From Podarcis gaigeae (taxonomy: Eukaryota), in the NCBI GenBank assembly GCA_964106915.2, contig OZ066915.1: DNA of 64,000 bases. One strand, 5' to 3'. The position numbers and the translations under genes are program-made. Each line of letters starts with the position of its first letter. The first letter of the stretch is position 1. The notes under the pieces are model-generated. The model was not told the DNA's origin. It saw nothing but the letters and a program-made list of their open reading frames with translations, and ran no database searches. This document shows, in pieces, positions 35,854-50,333 of this stretch.

Positions 35854-36088
35854 ATCAAGGCTGGGGGCTTTGAATTCTCCCCAGGGATGCTGCAGATCTA
35901 TTCAGACAACTTGTTGACCCTGCCAGCCATTATTGGAATTGGTGGGGGCGGGGGTCTTCTCTTACTCATCATCATCATCGTCCTCATTGCATACAAGCGG
36001 AAATCCCGAGATGCTGACCGCACCCTCAAACGTCTACAGCTGCAGATGGACAACTTGGAATCCCGCGTGGCCTTGGAGTGCAAGGAAG
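35854..36088 (+). CDS. PLXNA1: Plexin-A1 transmembrane exon ([11 protein letters not shown]...[28 protein letters not shown]...ALECKE)
   Basis: tctcag|ATCAAG...GAAG|gtgtga; 235 nt, phase 0 to 1. Encodes the TM helix and juxtamembrane coiled coil. Confidence 0.97.
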
Positions 36089-36286
36089 GTGTGAATGATG
36101 GGCCTGGGGTTTTTTCCTTTTCTTTTTCACGGCTCTTGCTACTTATCAGTCTGTTACTTCCCATTTAATCCCACCCCTTGAGAGAGAGTTTTTCCTTGAT
36201 TTTTGGGGCCGCACCAGTTTCTAAAGTCCTTCATTTACTCCATATACATTTTTAAACAACGATAACAGCAATGCCATTGTTTAAAG

Positions 36287-36404
36287 CAGTGTTTCTCAAA
36301 CTTGGGTCTCCAAGTTGGACTACAGCTCCCACAATTCCTGATCACTAGTCTGGCTAGCTAGGGATGATGGGAGTTGTAGTCCAACAACAGATGGAGAAAC
36401 ACTG
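36287..36404. mobile_element. ~118-bp palindromic hAT MITE
   Basis: TIR CAGTGTTTCTC / GAGAAACACTG; 8-bp flanks GTTTAAAG / GTTTAAGG; internal hairpin TTGGACTACAGCTCCCA...TGGGAGTTGTAGTCCAA. Decayed relatives lie near 7590, 16030, 17090, 19620, 29820, 45965, 47875 and 61010. Confidence 0.8.
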
Positions 36405-37059
36405 GTTTAAGGAAAAAGAAGGGGGGGATCTTACCATGAAATGCAACAAGCTTTGCCACCATTTCGGGCAATTAGGAAAACAGGTGGAGATGAACCTTCC
36501 CTGTACCCTCTACTTCCTTCCCCCTAGTCTCTCCCCACATGGGTTTTTCTTCCAACTGAGGTCACTTCCAGTATCTGAACTTGGCAAAGGAGAAAAGCAG
36601 CTGGGTGGGAGGCAGACTGTGGGAGAGAGGTGGAAGTGGGTGTCAGTACCCCCCATTGGTATACTCCTTTTGCTCTGAAACAAAACAAAACAACCCTCTC
36701 CTGCCACATAATGTATGATTGGCACATCTGAGTTTGAAGAAAGAGACCCACTGGTTTCACAGGTAGTTTGACTGTCCCATTATATTCCTCCGCTAGTGGG
36801 ATCCCATCCAATTCTTTTCTCTAATCTAGGTGATTGGGAGGCTCACCAAAACTCACTCCCTTATGGCAATGTTATATTTGCAAGCTGTTACTATGTGGAA
36901 CAATCCAGTTGGATGGAGCATCTCCTTGCCAGCACCATATAGTCCCAGCTGGCACTGGCAATGAAACAATGCATAGATTGAAACCTCCATGTTGAACATT
37001 CTGTACAATAGAAAGCCTCTGTTGGAGACTTTCAGAAAATGGCTTTGAAGGCACATGGT

Positions 37060-37170
37060 CCATTTTCTGTTGCTTGAAGCTGCAGAGGTTTGGCTCCGTC
37101 AGATGCCTGGATAGGAGGCCACCTGGGAACCATGTAAGCCTCTCTAAGCTTTTTGGAGGAATTAACTGTG
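37060..37170 (+). mobile_element. Decayed 5S rRNA-derived SINE or 5S pseudogene fragment
   Basis: GAAGCTGCAGAGG...CCTGGATAGGAGGCCACCTGGGAA resembles 5S box A and box C (GAAGCTAAGCAGGG...TTGGATGGGAGACCGCCTGGGAA). Confidence 0.5.
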
Positions 37171-39375
37171 AAATAACAACCAACATACAATTGGGCAGAT
37201 CCATATGATTGCAACTTGGGTTGACTTCACCCCCATGTGGAGCACTGTTGTAGAAGTTCCCTTCCTGCCAGCAGCCTCCCACTTGGTTGAACCTTGCCTG
37301 AGAATGCGTACTAAGCAATTAGTTTCATCTCTAATCTTTAATGAGACGGGACCTGCCCTGCTCATAAAGTATCCTAATTACCTACGAAGTGGTATCATTA
37401 ACCAACAATCACAAAAATCCTTGCTATGTTTGCAAGATGTTGGAGAAAATTGCCCACTTACCAGTGCTTTGTTTGTGCTGCCTTCCCTGCCCAAAATACG
37501 AAAACCTGGCACATAGATTTCTTTAGCCAGTGTGGTGTATGGATGTGCTAAATTAGGATCAGGAAGGCACACGTTCAGAGATCTTGCTTAGCCATATAAC
37601 TCACCGAGTGACCTTGGGTCAGTTATTACCTCTCTAGTGAACTTACAAGATTGTAAAAGGGGTGTGGGGGAAACTTTGTTTATCACCCCAAACTCCTTGG
37701 TGGAACAGCAGGACAGCATGTAGATAATAACAATAATTATAATAGAACTAGAATCTGACCACTATTGATTTCACCATCATTAATGCCCTCCTCTGGGTTG
37801 TTGTTGTAATATCGCAGGTTAGTGTGCTTGGATGCCACTGTCCTTTGGAGTGAAGGTCAGATTTGGCCAGTACTGGCCAACCTTTTTGCCACTCCCCCAT
37901 CTAAGCAGTATATTTGACTATGGGAAGGAACCCTATCTGAGCAAGTTGGCTGTGGTTTTGATTGAAGCAGAATAGCTTTTATGCTTTAGCGTGTCCATGG
38001 CTCACTCTGACGCTAAGGCTGTGCCTCCATCTCTGGTGCTTCTGCAAAACTGGTTCCTTATTCATGGGTTGTCCTTTTGGGGAGAGACAGAGGGGTCAAG
38101 TGAAGCAGTTTTATTGGAGGTGGTAGATTTTTATTTGGCGCAGTTTGAAGGAAGTTAGCGAGGTTTGAAGAGGGAAAGTTTTAAAGGCAGAGAGAAGCCT
38201 GCCTGCAAAAGGCTGTGGGTCTCTCATTACGTGACAGACAGATGCTGAGAAATTGGACAGAATGCTGCTTCTGATCCTGCTGATAAAACCTAATTGCCCA
38301 TTATCGCCACAAGCCAGTGCCTGGGGCTGTGACCCTGCCAACTCCAAGTTGGCCCAGAGGCTGCCACAGAAGCAGGCACCTAAAATGAGATAATAAAAAA
38401 AGAGGAAAGGGGGGGGGGGGATAGCCCTGTAGATAGAAATAGTGACAGAGAGGATTGTAGAGGGAGGGGGGAGCATGTGGAGGAGATTTCGCCTTGTCTT
38501 CCACAGCTGGCAGATAAAAGGATCTGCTTTTAATTAAAAGCTGCAATATCTTCTCTGCCTTTTCTCTTTTCTAGTCCCACTAGTTACAGATAAGATAGTG
38601 TGCCTTTCAAGCTGACAGTTTGTTTTTTCTCATCAAACTGATCAGCCTACAGCCCTCTGCCGCTTCTAGCTTCCTTTTTAAAGTGCCATTAATTTGATTT
38701 CTCTCTCCCCCCTCCCACACCCCCCCTATAAACTCTCACTTGTACAGCACTGGAACCTATGCACAAGCAACCTGCTTCCTCTTGTAGGTGCCATTAAAGG
38801 TGCAGGATGCCATTTCTCCTCTGGCATGCTCCTCCCAGCAAAACCAACTGCTATAGGACTTGTGAGATGTTAAATCAGATCACAGTGAGGACATTCCTGT
38901 GACATAGGACTGTTTCCTCAAGTCAAGGCTTCCTTAAAAAAAATAAAAATCTGCCGGAATTTTGCCATTTTCCATCTCTTTTTATGTGTGCAGTCTTATG
39001 CCAAAGTGCCAGCCTCCAGGCCTTGTACCTGCCTGCCACCTATGCTTCAGTATCATGGAACTGGACTAGAGGGCACAAGAGAGATCCCTTCTGGTTTCTG
39101 CTCTGTAAATTGGGTCTTGGTTCTCTTCTCTGCTGTTGCTTTGTAACTTTGGAGGAAGCCATTGTATCTTTGTGCTGCGTTTTTTCTTCTGTCTCTTTAG
39201 TGGGGCAAGAAGCTTCTGATGTAATGTTTGTTTAATTTTCTTTTCCTTAAATAAAGTTGGGGGCATTATGTCAACTAGCCATGGCCTTTTAACACTAGAC
39301 TATATTGGCCAGGATTAGGCCTGCAGGCTATTCCCTGGCCAGTTGGGAGCTGATGCATATAGGCTTCTTGTTTAA

Positions 39376-39543
<168 letters not shown>

Positions 39544-41539
39544 TAATGTGTGTATGTGTGTCTGCTTGGATAACATTTCAGCTTGGCTTACATTTGCCTT
39601 CCTGAGCTTTGTGAGTTTATGCCTGTGGGGAGGAGGGATTCTTGCTGCTGCAGTTTCTCTCAGTCTTCTCTCCTGCTTTCACAAGGAACTGAAGTGTCTG
39701 GGGTCTGGGTTTATTGGTGGCTCAGGCTAGACTGATGACCTTAAAGCAAGACAGCTTCACCACTTCCCACCCACAGGATTTGATTCTCTTTAGAGAGGAC
39801 ACATTGAAGATTCTGCTGCTTATATAAGCTTAGGGGGCTGTTTGTTTTGACCTCAAGTGTGTCTTGGAGAGTTTTTCGGCAGGATAACTGTGCTGTTGCG
39901 TCCACTGTTAACTGTTCATGGTGTATTTTTATTTGACTAAAAAGTGAACAACCACTAAAAATGTGAGGGAGACTTATCTGAGATAGTTCCCCTAATGCTG
40001 GCTTATAGGACCCTTTTTCCAGAGTGGGGGGATTTCCAAACTGCTAGGAGCTAGGTTTAAAGAGAATAATGGGGAAACATTGATTCATGGGTGCGATGCA
40101 CATTAGGGAGTAAGACTGACTGGGAGATCCAGGAATAAAAATAATATTCTATTGAGCTTTCCCCAGTTGTTGCCATTTCTTGTAGCACGCTGAACAAAAG
40201 AACAAGTTTGAAATTCTCATTTCATTCATTCTCACAGCAACCTTACAAAGTAAGTCACTGTCATCCCAGTTTTACAAAATGGGAATTGAGCCTGACCAAG
40301 GCCACCTAGCAAGCGAATGGCTGCAGCAAGATTAGAGCATTCATCTCCAGCAACCATAACTGAACCAGCTACACTGGTGCATTCCTACTATTGCTGCTGG
40401 TCCTCTTTCACTAAATTCCAGAGCAAGGAGACATCAGTTCTGCTCATTTTTCCTTTAGTTGCCCTGAGAATAATTGAAGTATTGTGCCTGTGCCTGAGCA
40501 TTGCAGTTGCAGAAAGATGTTGCTTGACAGCAAGCAAGAGAAAGACGGTGTTGCTGTTGTTCTTTAGGTTGTTATGGATAGGTTAAATGGGGCAAGAGCA
40601 GAGTGAGCCGTATGTAATATGGCTAAGCATTGAAGATAGGCAGCAAAGTTGTTGCTAGAGGCAGATCCGAGTAGATAGGATTTTTCAATGAGTAGGAGCA
40701 GAATGAAACCGAATAAAAGCAAATAAGAGCAGAGACATTTTCCTGACAGCAAAATCTATCAGGGTGTGGGAAAGTCTCTTGATTGAATTGATGGCATCGC
40801 TGTCGTTTGGCACGCTGAAAAATAGACTGGGCAAATTGTTTGGAAATATCTGTGCAGCACTGGGCTGTTCTGTACTGCACAGCGGGGCGTTCCTTCTTTG
40901 TGCCATTTTCATTTCAGTGCTTCTGCTTCTGTGACATGAACTGCACTGCTGCTTCGGATCTCCTGTGCAAGCTCACTGTGCTGGTCTTTATTACCTATGC
41001 GGTCTCAGAATGAGCCTGTGCTTTTGCATGTGGGTAATTTTTTGTGTGTGTGCAAAATATCTCAGAAATAACTTCAGCTTCTTGAGAGCCAATGACCCGG
41101 TCAGTTGCCTCTGGTGTTTGTGTTGCTCTGTCTTGAGGCCCTCACTGACAGGTGTGTGTGTGGTACATCTCTAACCAAATACTCTCTCACTGTATGGAGA
41201 ACTTTTTCTGAGAAGTACAGTTTGTGTTTATCTTCAATGCTCTGCACACTTGGTTGGATCTTCACATATTGATTGGTTGCATGTGGCTGTGTACTTCCCC
41301 TTTGATGTGATTTAAGAACACACACATGGACCAGAGGGGCTACCACTATAACTGAGATAGATGGCTGTAGTTCTGAGGTGTTGTCTCCGTAGAAGGAAAA
41401 TGTACAACGGTGCTGCCATCTCTGTAACGTTGAAGGTCAATGAAGGTCTAGTATCTCATAATGCTGAAACCTGTGGCCATATTGAGCAGCTGGGTAGTGG
41501 GAGATTCAAGATAGCATATGTGATGTGAATAAATACTAT

Positions 41540-41815
41540 CAGAAGATTGGATGGCCACCGACTTAGATCGCATTAAGGGGGCACTAGGCAGATTTGTGGG
41601 GCAAAGAGATAAGGCAGTAGATGGCTGCTGGTTGTGATTGCTCTATGCTGCCTCCAAAATCAGAAGCAGTATGCCTCTGAATGCCAGTTGCTGTCGAATA
41701 ATAGTGGGAGAGGACTATTGCCCTTATATGCTGCTTGTGGGCCTCCCACAGGCATCTGGCTGGGTGCTGGGGGAGAATCAGGATGCTGGAGTAGATAGGC
41801 TTTTGATCTGATCTC
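41540..41815 (+). mobile_element. CR1 LINE 3' end
   Basis: GATGGCCACCGACTTAGAT...GCAGTATGCCTCTGAATGCCAGTTGCTG...GGATGCTGGAGTAGATAGGC resembles a squamate CR1 3' region. Confidence 0.65.
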
Positions 41816-44570
41816 TCAAGTCCTTAATAAAAGGGCCAACATGCTGGCAAGGCATACATTTCCACATGCTGGTCAGAATGATTTTTGGGTCACTGCTGCG
41901 TGGCTACCATGCTCACTGACATTAATATCAATATTTATATTAATATCACTGCTACTGTCATTTTCTGCAGCACTTGGTTTATTCAATTGGGCTTGTTTGA
42001 TGCATGACCAGCCGCACATTTCCAAGAGACTTGTCTGACATCATCAGATTCCCTGGCTCCATTTCCCCCAGTGTGGCCTCTCCCTTTCCTTCCCCCCATA
42101 CCGACTCCCCCTCCCTTTGCCAGCCCTTACACTGTCCGCTTAATTTAGTACAAGCAATTGTGCAAAAATTGGCTTTACGTTTTCCTGTATAACAAGGATG
42201 TTTTTGATTGGAGAAGTGAGGGGTGGCCTTAACTTCCCCTCACTGCTGACCTCACAGAGTAATTAATGTTGACGCAGGATTCGTAACATATTTGGGAGAA
42301 GTAATCAGCTCCAGAACACGATGCAATTATTAATTACAGAGAATCAAGCGCTTGTCAGTGCAAGTGCACAGGTTGCTCACTGTAGCTGAGCACAGTCCTG
42401 TGCTTCTGTGATCTAGTCTTACCCCAGTTGTGGGCCTGCCATCAGGTCTTCTCACAGTGGTCCTCCAGTTTAAAAAGCTGTTGAATACTTTTAGCTCTCC
42501 AGCACAAGGAAGGTGTTGCTTTGGGTAAAGAGGAAGGGCCTCCGTTGTGAGGATTTCACACTGAAAATAGCAGACCATTTACAAAATCAATGTATCTGAA
42601 ATAAATATGGATTGCCTCTTCATTCAGTTCTTATAGATTAAAGTTCTCATTAAACCTTTTGGGACACATTTCCATTGCTCTGTTGCTTCTGGTGTTTGTG
42701 GCCTTTGTCTTGCTCATTCAGTAGGGATTAATGGAGTCGAATAGGCTTTATCTACGATTTTGTTCAGTTAGTCAAGGTGGACTTCCATTAATTCATCCTG
42801 TGTTTATAGGAGCCTTCTCACTAACCAATGTTAATCTGTGGCGTTTAAAAAACCACCACACTCTTTAAAATGCTCTTAGGTATGGTGGGGGAAACCTTCT
42901 GTTTTGCTACACTTTAATCTGTCCTCCACTCATAATTTCTGGTGGAATGTACATCAAATATGTGAAGTCAATTCATAATACCCTTCATTTTTGCTTTGGA
43001 AAAAAAAGGTTTCTGCCCTTGTAAATAAAGGGATTCCACTTGAAATGTAAAAACCAGTAACTGTGAATGAGTCCTAGTGATTGTAGTCTGCTATCACCAC
43101 TGCCCCTAGTTGCCAGTTAGGATTTCCTACTCGTGTATCCCATTTGACTTTCATCTATCCAAGCATCACCTGCTAATATATCACCACTTACCATTCCAAA
43201 AAAACCTGCCCCAACTCAGCTGTTGTTTTTAGACTAAAGCATGTTGCAGCAAATACTGGCTTGGGGGGGGGGTATGTTCATGACTTTTATTAAGTTGCCT
43301 AATTTTTTTTGAGGACAGAATGTGAGTTACCTGGGTGACAGATTTGGGAGGCACAAGTTTAGAGTCCTGCCGTTATGCCTAGTTGGACTGTGTGAATTGA
43401 AAAGCGACGCCGTTAGGTTCAAGGCGTACACGATCTGTGTAAAAATGATTGTGTGTAAAGCCCCTTATGAGTTTGAGAAAGCAAAAGGGACAAAAGTAAG
43501 TCGCAGTTAATTTCATGGCGTGTGGATTCTGGTTGTGTGTGCATGCTGGCGATGTGGAGGGGGAGAATAGCAACAGAGTGATGGGCAGTTTTGTAGGTCC
43601 ATTTCACATTTTTGCTATATATTAATGCTGGTCAGTAGCAAGTGGTTACCTTGGAAAAGTATTGTTTCCCCATCTTAACTTGTACCAGAACGTGTATCCT
43701 TTGTGGATTCTCAGATTCTGTCTGCAAGGGTAGCCTGAAATCTAAGCATCTGAATCCGAGAGTTCTGCTTCTATCCTCTCTGGAATGTGCTGGAGGTTTT
43801 TTGGCCCATCTGTGTTTCAAGCTCTTGGCAGTTGCTTTGTTGTGATCACACTCTGCCTGTCATTACCTCCTTAATGATCGAGGGGGAAGAGAGTGAGAGA
43901 GGGGGCACACAGCAGCCAGGAGACAGGGACTTTAAATTACTGGTACAAGGATAAGGTGAAAACAAAACAAAAGAACCACAAACCTTCCAAACACTGGAAA
44001 ACGGGAGACTCTGGAGAACAGTGCACCCATTTTAAGAAGTTCCATCTTTCCTCATTATTGGAGTTTGGTGTGCTTACTCCATTCATGAATCCCTGTAATC
44101 CTGATGAGTAACATTCCCATTATTTACAATTTTTTTATGATTAAATCTGGATAAATTGAGATGACTTTAGAGTGTGGAACAGTCCTCTTGGAAAAGGAAA
44201 TGGGAGCATTGCCTCATAGGCTAGATCTGGCAGAACTTTGAAACTGCAGTGCATAATCAGGTATATAAGTTCAAAGAACTAATTAAACAGAGGACATACA
44301 AGGCTTTCCCAGCTGTAATTTTAATTTCAGAGAAACCATATATGTTTGGTTGGTGAAATGAAATTACAAGAGGGAAAACCCTGTATTAAATATAACTGGC
44401 ATGGCTTTTTTTTTAAAAAAAAAAAAGACTGATATGATGTGTTTGTAATCTTCTTTTTGTTTGTGATCTTAATTAGAATGAGTTTAGTGCTAGGTATTGC
44501 AAATGACTAGGAAGGAGTAGGCACTGTGTGCCCCCCCCCCAATTTCCTTTCCCCACTCCATGTGCACTCA

Positions 44571-44571
<1 letters not shown>

Positions 44572-44623
<52 letters not shown>
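44572..44623. repeat. (AAT)n microsatellite
   Basis: Direct reading. Confidence 0.95.
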
Positions 44624-44624
<1 letters not shown>

Positions 44625-47389
44625 CAAAATCCAGAGCCAAGCATAGGGCTGTCATTAGCACTTTTTCTTATCTATGGGGTTGTTATTTCACTGCTTTTGT
44701 GCAAATTTAAAGCCTTGATTAAATGCTTAATTCTTTTTTGACCATTTGCTTTTGCTAAAGATTGCACAAAAAGGAGAAGAGCAACAGAGTAAGGGGGTGG
44801 GATGGAGAGGGTGTCAGTTTGCAAGAGGGCTTTGCTTCCTTGCTTTCCGAGTTGTAGATGGTAAGCCAAGCCTGCTGAGATCATTTATGTGACAGATGTT
44901 TTGTGCTGCTGCTACTGCTGCTGCTGCTGCAGCCACCACCACCCTGCTCTATTTGCAGCATGCAATTCTGATAAGATCGCTTATGTAGGACAGGACCAAT
45001 TTCCGAGCTTATCAAGTGTCGCTGACTTTAGAAGCTGAGCACACAGCCCAGATAGGAGGAACCTGCCATCTGATCCTCCCTTCATGGCTTCTGGGAGAGT
45101 GAAGGGCTTTGCTTTATTTTGATCACTGAAAATGCAGGGCAGTGGCCCTAGCACAAAACCGTCTGTGAAATCTACTACGAATGGAGCATTAGGCAGCCCT
45201 GCACACTCAGATCCTGGCTAGGAAGAGCCAAGGCAGTGCCTCCCCCCCCCCCCCAACAGCTACTACTCTCTCCCATCTCTTTGTTCTTAACCATAAAGAA
45301 CTCTGGAGAGGTGAGAAGGAAGTCACTTTGTGGGAAAACTTGGAATGGAGTGAAGTGGAGAGAAGAAACTGTATAACCAGGCATAGCTGTTGGGCTTTAG
45401 GTAGGCTATGGGAGGTAGTTTGGACATTCAGAAGATGAGGGGATTTTAGGAGTATACATTTGGCTTCTGAATCTTCACTTCTGTAAAATCTGGTGCTTGG
45501 GGGTGTCTCTAGAAATATGGCTGGCTTGTGTGTCTGAAATTCCTCCTCCTTCTGAATTGACCTGCAGATTATCCAATTATTGCCTGCTGGGCTTGTGTTG
45601 ATATGTGTTTTTTTTCTAGACATTAGGAAGCAAGGAAAAAACCCATGTTTCAAACTGTGAGCATTTAGTTTTCAATGACAACCTTCAGTAGCTGCTGGTG
45701 AGAGCCATTGATTGGAGACGATAATTCCAATATGTGCATACTTTTAAAAAAAGAAGATCTTAAAACATATCCTGCAGCATTGACCGTTCTGTTTGCTCTT
45801 CTTCTCCCCATTTCCCTTCCCCTGCACAGTATGCAAGACTACCCAAATGCAGGAATACTTCCTGTGATACTCTCAGATCTAGGGTTATCTAACCTCATCA
45901 ATGCAGATTCTTCTCCTTTTATCATTATTTATATACCACCACCAGTACACAAGACCTTAAAGGAGGATTGGGCAACCTGCAGGTACCATTGGACTTTAGC
46001 TCCCAGCAGCCCTAGGCAACATGACCAGTGAGCAAGAATGATGGGAGGCTAGCCCAACAACATATATTGGACCACAGGTTCCAAACTCATGCTTTACAAA
46101 GTGACATAAGCAAAAGAAATGTCTCTGCCCAGAGAAGCTGAGAGTCTGACTTTAAACAAGAGTCCATTTAAGTTTTGTCCTGGACTTCTTTGGGGGGGGG
46201 GGGTAATCTGTAGATGGAGATTCAAGACAGAGGATATTGTTAACGAAGAGAGTTACTTGTTTCCTGAGTATGGGGCACCTAAGCAATCTCTGTAGACCAG
46301 AAGCCCTGATCAGATTTAGTCATTAATTATCTGCTTTATGGCTAGGGAGGCACTGAGATCCACTTTGGGATGTAGGGGTGCTCTGACCAGCAAAATCTGA
46401 GGACAACTCAGCAGTCGCAGGAGCAGAATATGTGTGGGAGAGGAGGAAATGCCCTTTTCTGATTTATTTATTTTTTTAAAAAAAACAACACTCAAAACAA
46501 AACCAGGCATGCTTCAAATGGCATCACTAATCTCAGGGACAGACGGTAACATTTAAGACCATATGCAGAAAGTGCAAAAGATCAGAATTTCCTGTGGGGA
46601 CAGCTTGGTACACTCAGATCTATCCAGGAAGAATTTGGCTGTTACTCTCCAGCCAAGCCCAGCATTTTGACAACTTTTCTTATGGAAAAAAAGGATGCCC
46701 AACTGAATTCTATGTTTCTTTTAATAAAACCAGAAAATGAGACTCGTGTGTGCACAGGATGGAAAAGAGTATGTATTAAATATACTCATCCCCCCATGGA
46801 GATACTCTTTATGTATGCACCTGTGCTACAGATTCAAGAGAATCTTATATAGTAGGCTTTGCAAGCACTGTAAAAGGGAGAAAAATAAAGTATCATATAT
46901 ATATTTGAGGCAAGTCAGTCAAAAATTGGTTGATATGTACGTGTTTGACAATAGATCCACAGAGAGCAGAAGGCCAAAGAATGACTTTTAAATGGCAAGG
47001 TGGAATGGGGGAAACCCCATTGCCTCGGAAGCATCCAGAGCGAAGAGATTATTGGTCAAAGCAGTTGTATGGTGTACAGGATGGATACATGTACAGACAT
47101 GTATGGGATGCCACAGACTTTTGAAAGGACTTGCACGTTATTGTTTTATCCTCTAAATCATCACTAAATGGTGATGGCTGGAAAGAAACTCTCCCCAAAC
47201 GGCGATTCTCAATAATTAGAATGTGGGAGGACAAAGAAGACAGTTCTCACTTTGAAAGTGAATTTTCCTGGTTGCTGCTAAAGTCCACTGACTGTCGGGA
47301 CAGCGGGCTTTATCTGTTTTGCTAAGTACTCGTGACCCTTAGGTCCCTGTGCGTGGCCTTTTGAAATACCGAGTCAAAGGAACTCTTAA

Positions 47390-47692
<303 letters not shown>

Positions 47693-50333
47693 TGAGCATT
47701 TCTCTCGGAACATGTTAAAGTGTCTTGTTAAACATGTTAAAGTGCTGAGGCAAGCTTTGGTGTTATACAGAACTTGACCTGGGGGAGGGGAGGGGAAATG
47801 TGAATGACTCACAGACTTCCCCTTTTCATACTTCACCCTTTACATATTAATTCTAATATAATGTAAGATAGCCTTTGCCACCCTTGTACCTTCCACATGT
47901 TTTGACAACTCCTCCCCTCAGGCCTAGCCATGTTTGCTGGGGCCTGTGGGAGTGGTCATCCAAAACATCTAGGAGAAGCAGGTTGGCAAAGGATGATGTA
48001 GGATGATGAGCCGTCGCAGGCTATCATGAGATGTAGTTCTATAGACCAGGGTGGGCAGAAGGAAGACCTCCTGCTAGATCTCTGAGTGAGATGCGGTACA
48101 TCAACATGGATTTCTCACTCCTGGTTTTTTAACAGTAGCAGCAACAAAAGGAATTTTCCTACCTAAATTTGGTTGCTGAAATGAATTAAAATTAAGCAGA
48201 AGTGGACTTTTATGTGGAAAAAAACTGAACTCAGTTCAATTCTGCTACCAATAGTAAATTCCATGGCTCAGAGGCACCCTGTTCTTTCATTCTTATGTAC
48301 GTCTTTTGCATCTGGCATCTGGCTGGTAGATATTGAGGTTCTGGGGGAGAAACAAAAGTAGATTCAACAAGCCTACCTCTACTGTAGACTACTAGTATTT
48401 CAAATTTCTTGAACTCATAATATTACTCCTGTGTCATGTGGCAAAGAAATAGTCATTATTTTCTGCTGCAGAGCAGCTTAGAGGAGTTCAGTGGACAGAG
48501 GAAGATAAGTGCCTTGCCCGTGCCAAGGAGCTTGCAAATAATTTGATAAGGGAGTCAGTGCTAAAGTAGTTTGGATCTTACTCTGTAAACAGGTCTATGC
48601 ATATTTTACGATTCTGTGCTCAGACCTTGCAAGGAAATAAATTGTTATTGGGTGGAAAATTCAATAACCCAAGAATCTTCCCCCTCTCCCTTCTGTCTTT
48701 AAAAAAATAATAAGAAAATTGAAGCCATCAAGGTTTCAGAGATGGGCTTGAGGGTGTGTGGGCAACACATGGTAAGAGCTTAGAAACCAGAGGTGGGTCT
48801 TTGCCTTTAAATGTTTATTCTACACAGCCTTATTTTGTGAGTCAGATAATCAAACCATTGGGGGGAACAGCCTCCTGCCTTGGAATTAGAGAGAATTTGT
48901 TTGTTTCAGAACTCAGTAGATGTCCTGTTTCTGCGTTTTAGCTTAAGAACGGTCTCACTCTGTGAGAGCTGGCGTCATTTTAAAATCCGAGTGCTAGAAA
49001 TGGCAGCTGTTTCATTAATTAAAACTACTTATCACTGAAGGTTTAATGTAGATTTTTGCCACTTCTCACTGCACCCTGTATTACTTCCACTCTCACTTGC
49101 AGTATCCTTGCATCCTTGGCTGCCGACCGCAGCAAGTCATTGCCTGTATTCTTGCATCTCAACCAGCAGTCTGTCCCACAAACCCTGCATTTTACAAATT
49201 TCGTAAATGCTCCTGGATGGTCCTGAGGTTGTTAATAGCAAACGCTTTCACCCTACATCCAAAATGACTATGGGCCTTCTCCTATTGCCCCTTAAACACT
49301 ATCTGATGTTTTGAATGGATGGCATCAAGAGCAGGCTTCCTTGCTCATGGGTCCAAGAGAGAGGTATTCTCTTCCTATTCGCTTTTGCATTGGGCTCTAC
49401 CTTCCCTTGTCATTATTTTCCAATCATTTATTCAGGGCAGATCCACACCACTCCTCCCAGGTGATTGTTGGGATGGGTTAATGTCAGAGCCCAGCAGATT
49501 TTCTTAAGCAAATAACCTCAAGACAGGTGAGGGAAGAGTGTGAGCCAAGGGCAGCGTTCCAGCTCCACTCTGCATCTGCTCTGCTCCATCAATTTTTAAA
49601 TGGTAGCTAGATAGGTCTCCTGTATCACAGGCCAATGAATATTGAAAGAAACACCAGCTGCAGAACCAGTGCAATTATTAAACATACACCACAGTGTCTG
49701 TCGCTGTGCTTCCCCTTCTTTGTCCTCTAGCAATCCAGTCCTTGAAAAGTTGTTCCTAATGAAAGCCAATATTTAGAATAACAGCATATTAAGAAAATAT
49801 ATTTAAGATTCCTTATCTGATCATGGGCCATTTGGAACAGTGTGGTGCCAAAGACACAAATGAATATCCTTTCAGAATGTTCAGCCTAGGATTAGGTCCA
49901 ATTCACACTTTACAGAGAAGTTGCACATGCTGTGTATATACTTGTTTTTGGGCCAGACACCATTAGCACATGAAGGGAAGATGCATATCTGTATGCAGGC
50001 AATGAACATGTGCCTGAGATGAGTTCCTTTGCCAGCATCTCCCCATTGCATATTCCTGCATGTGCTTTACATGTCATGATGTTGTACCTGTGGCAAACAG
50101 AACTGCCACGTGCAGTGTAAAACTGAGAGGGTCTGTAATACCCTTGTTAGGTGAATGAGCTCAGGAGCCAAAGGATGGTGACTTTAGTGTGTGAATTAGC
50201 TCTTATTGCGAGTCTAGTCGTGGTGGATATAGCGAAATCTATCTAAAAACGGAGGGAATTTTCAAATGTGCAGTGAACTGAGCAGGAATTTGAACTTAGT
50301 TCTCCCGGATCCTAGTTCAATACTTTAACCATC

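Noticed and set aside
40700-40860. Apparent conserved non-coding element
   Set aside because: Looks more like a very old CR1 ORF2 3' remnant (...AAAAATAGACTGGGCAAATT); too decayed to list confidently as either.
43783-43810. GAATGTGCTGGAG (ECAG...) resembling the next PLXNA1 exon
   Set aside because: It is out of order (before the 47435 exon), has no acceptor, and continues GFLAH rather than EPLF.
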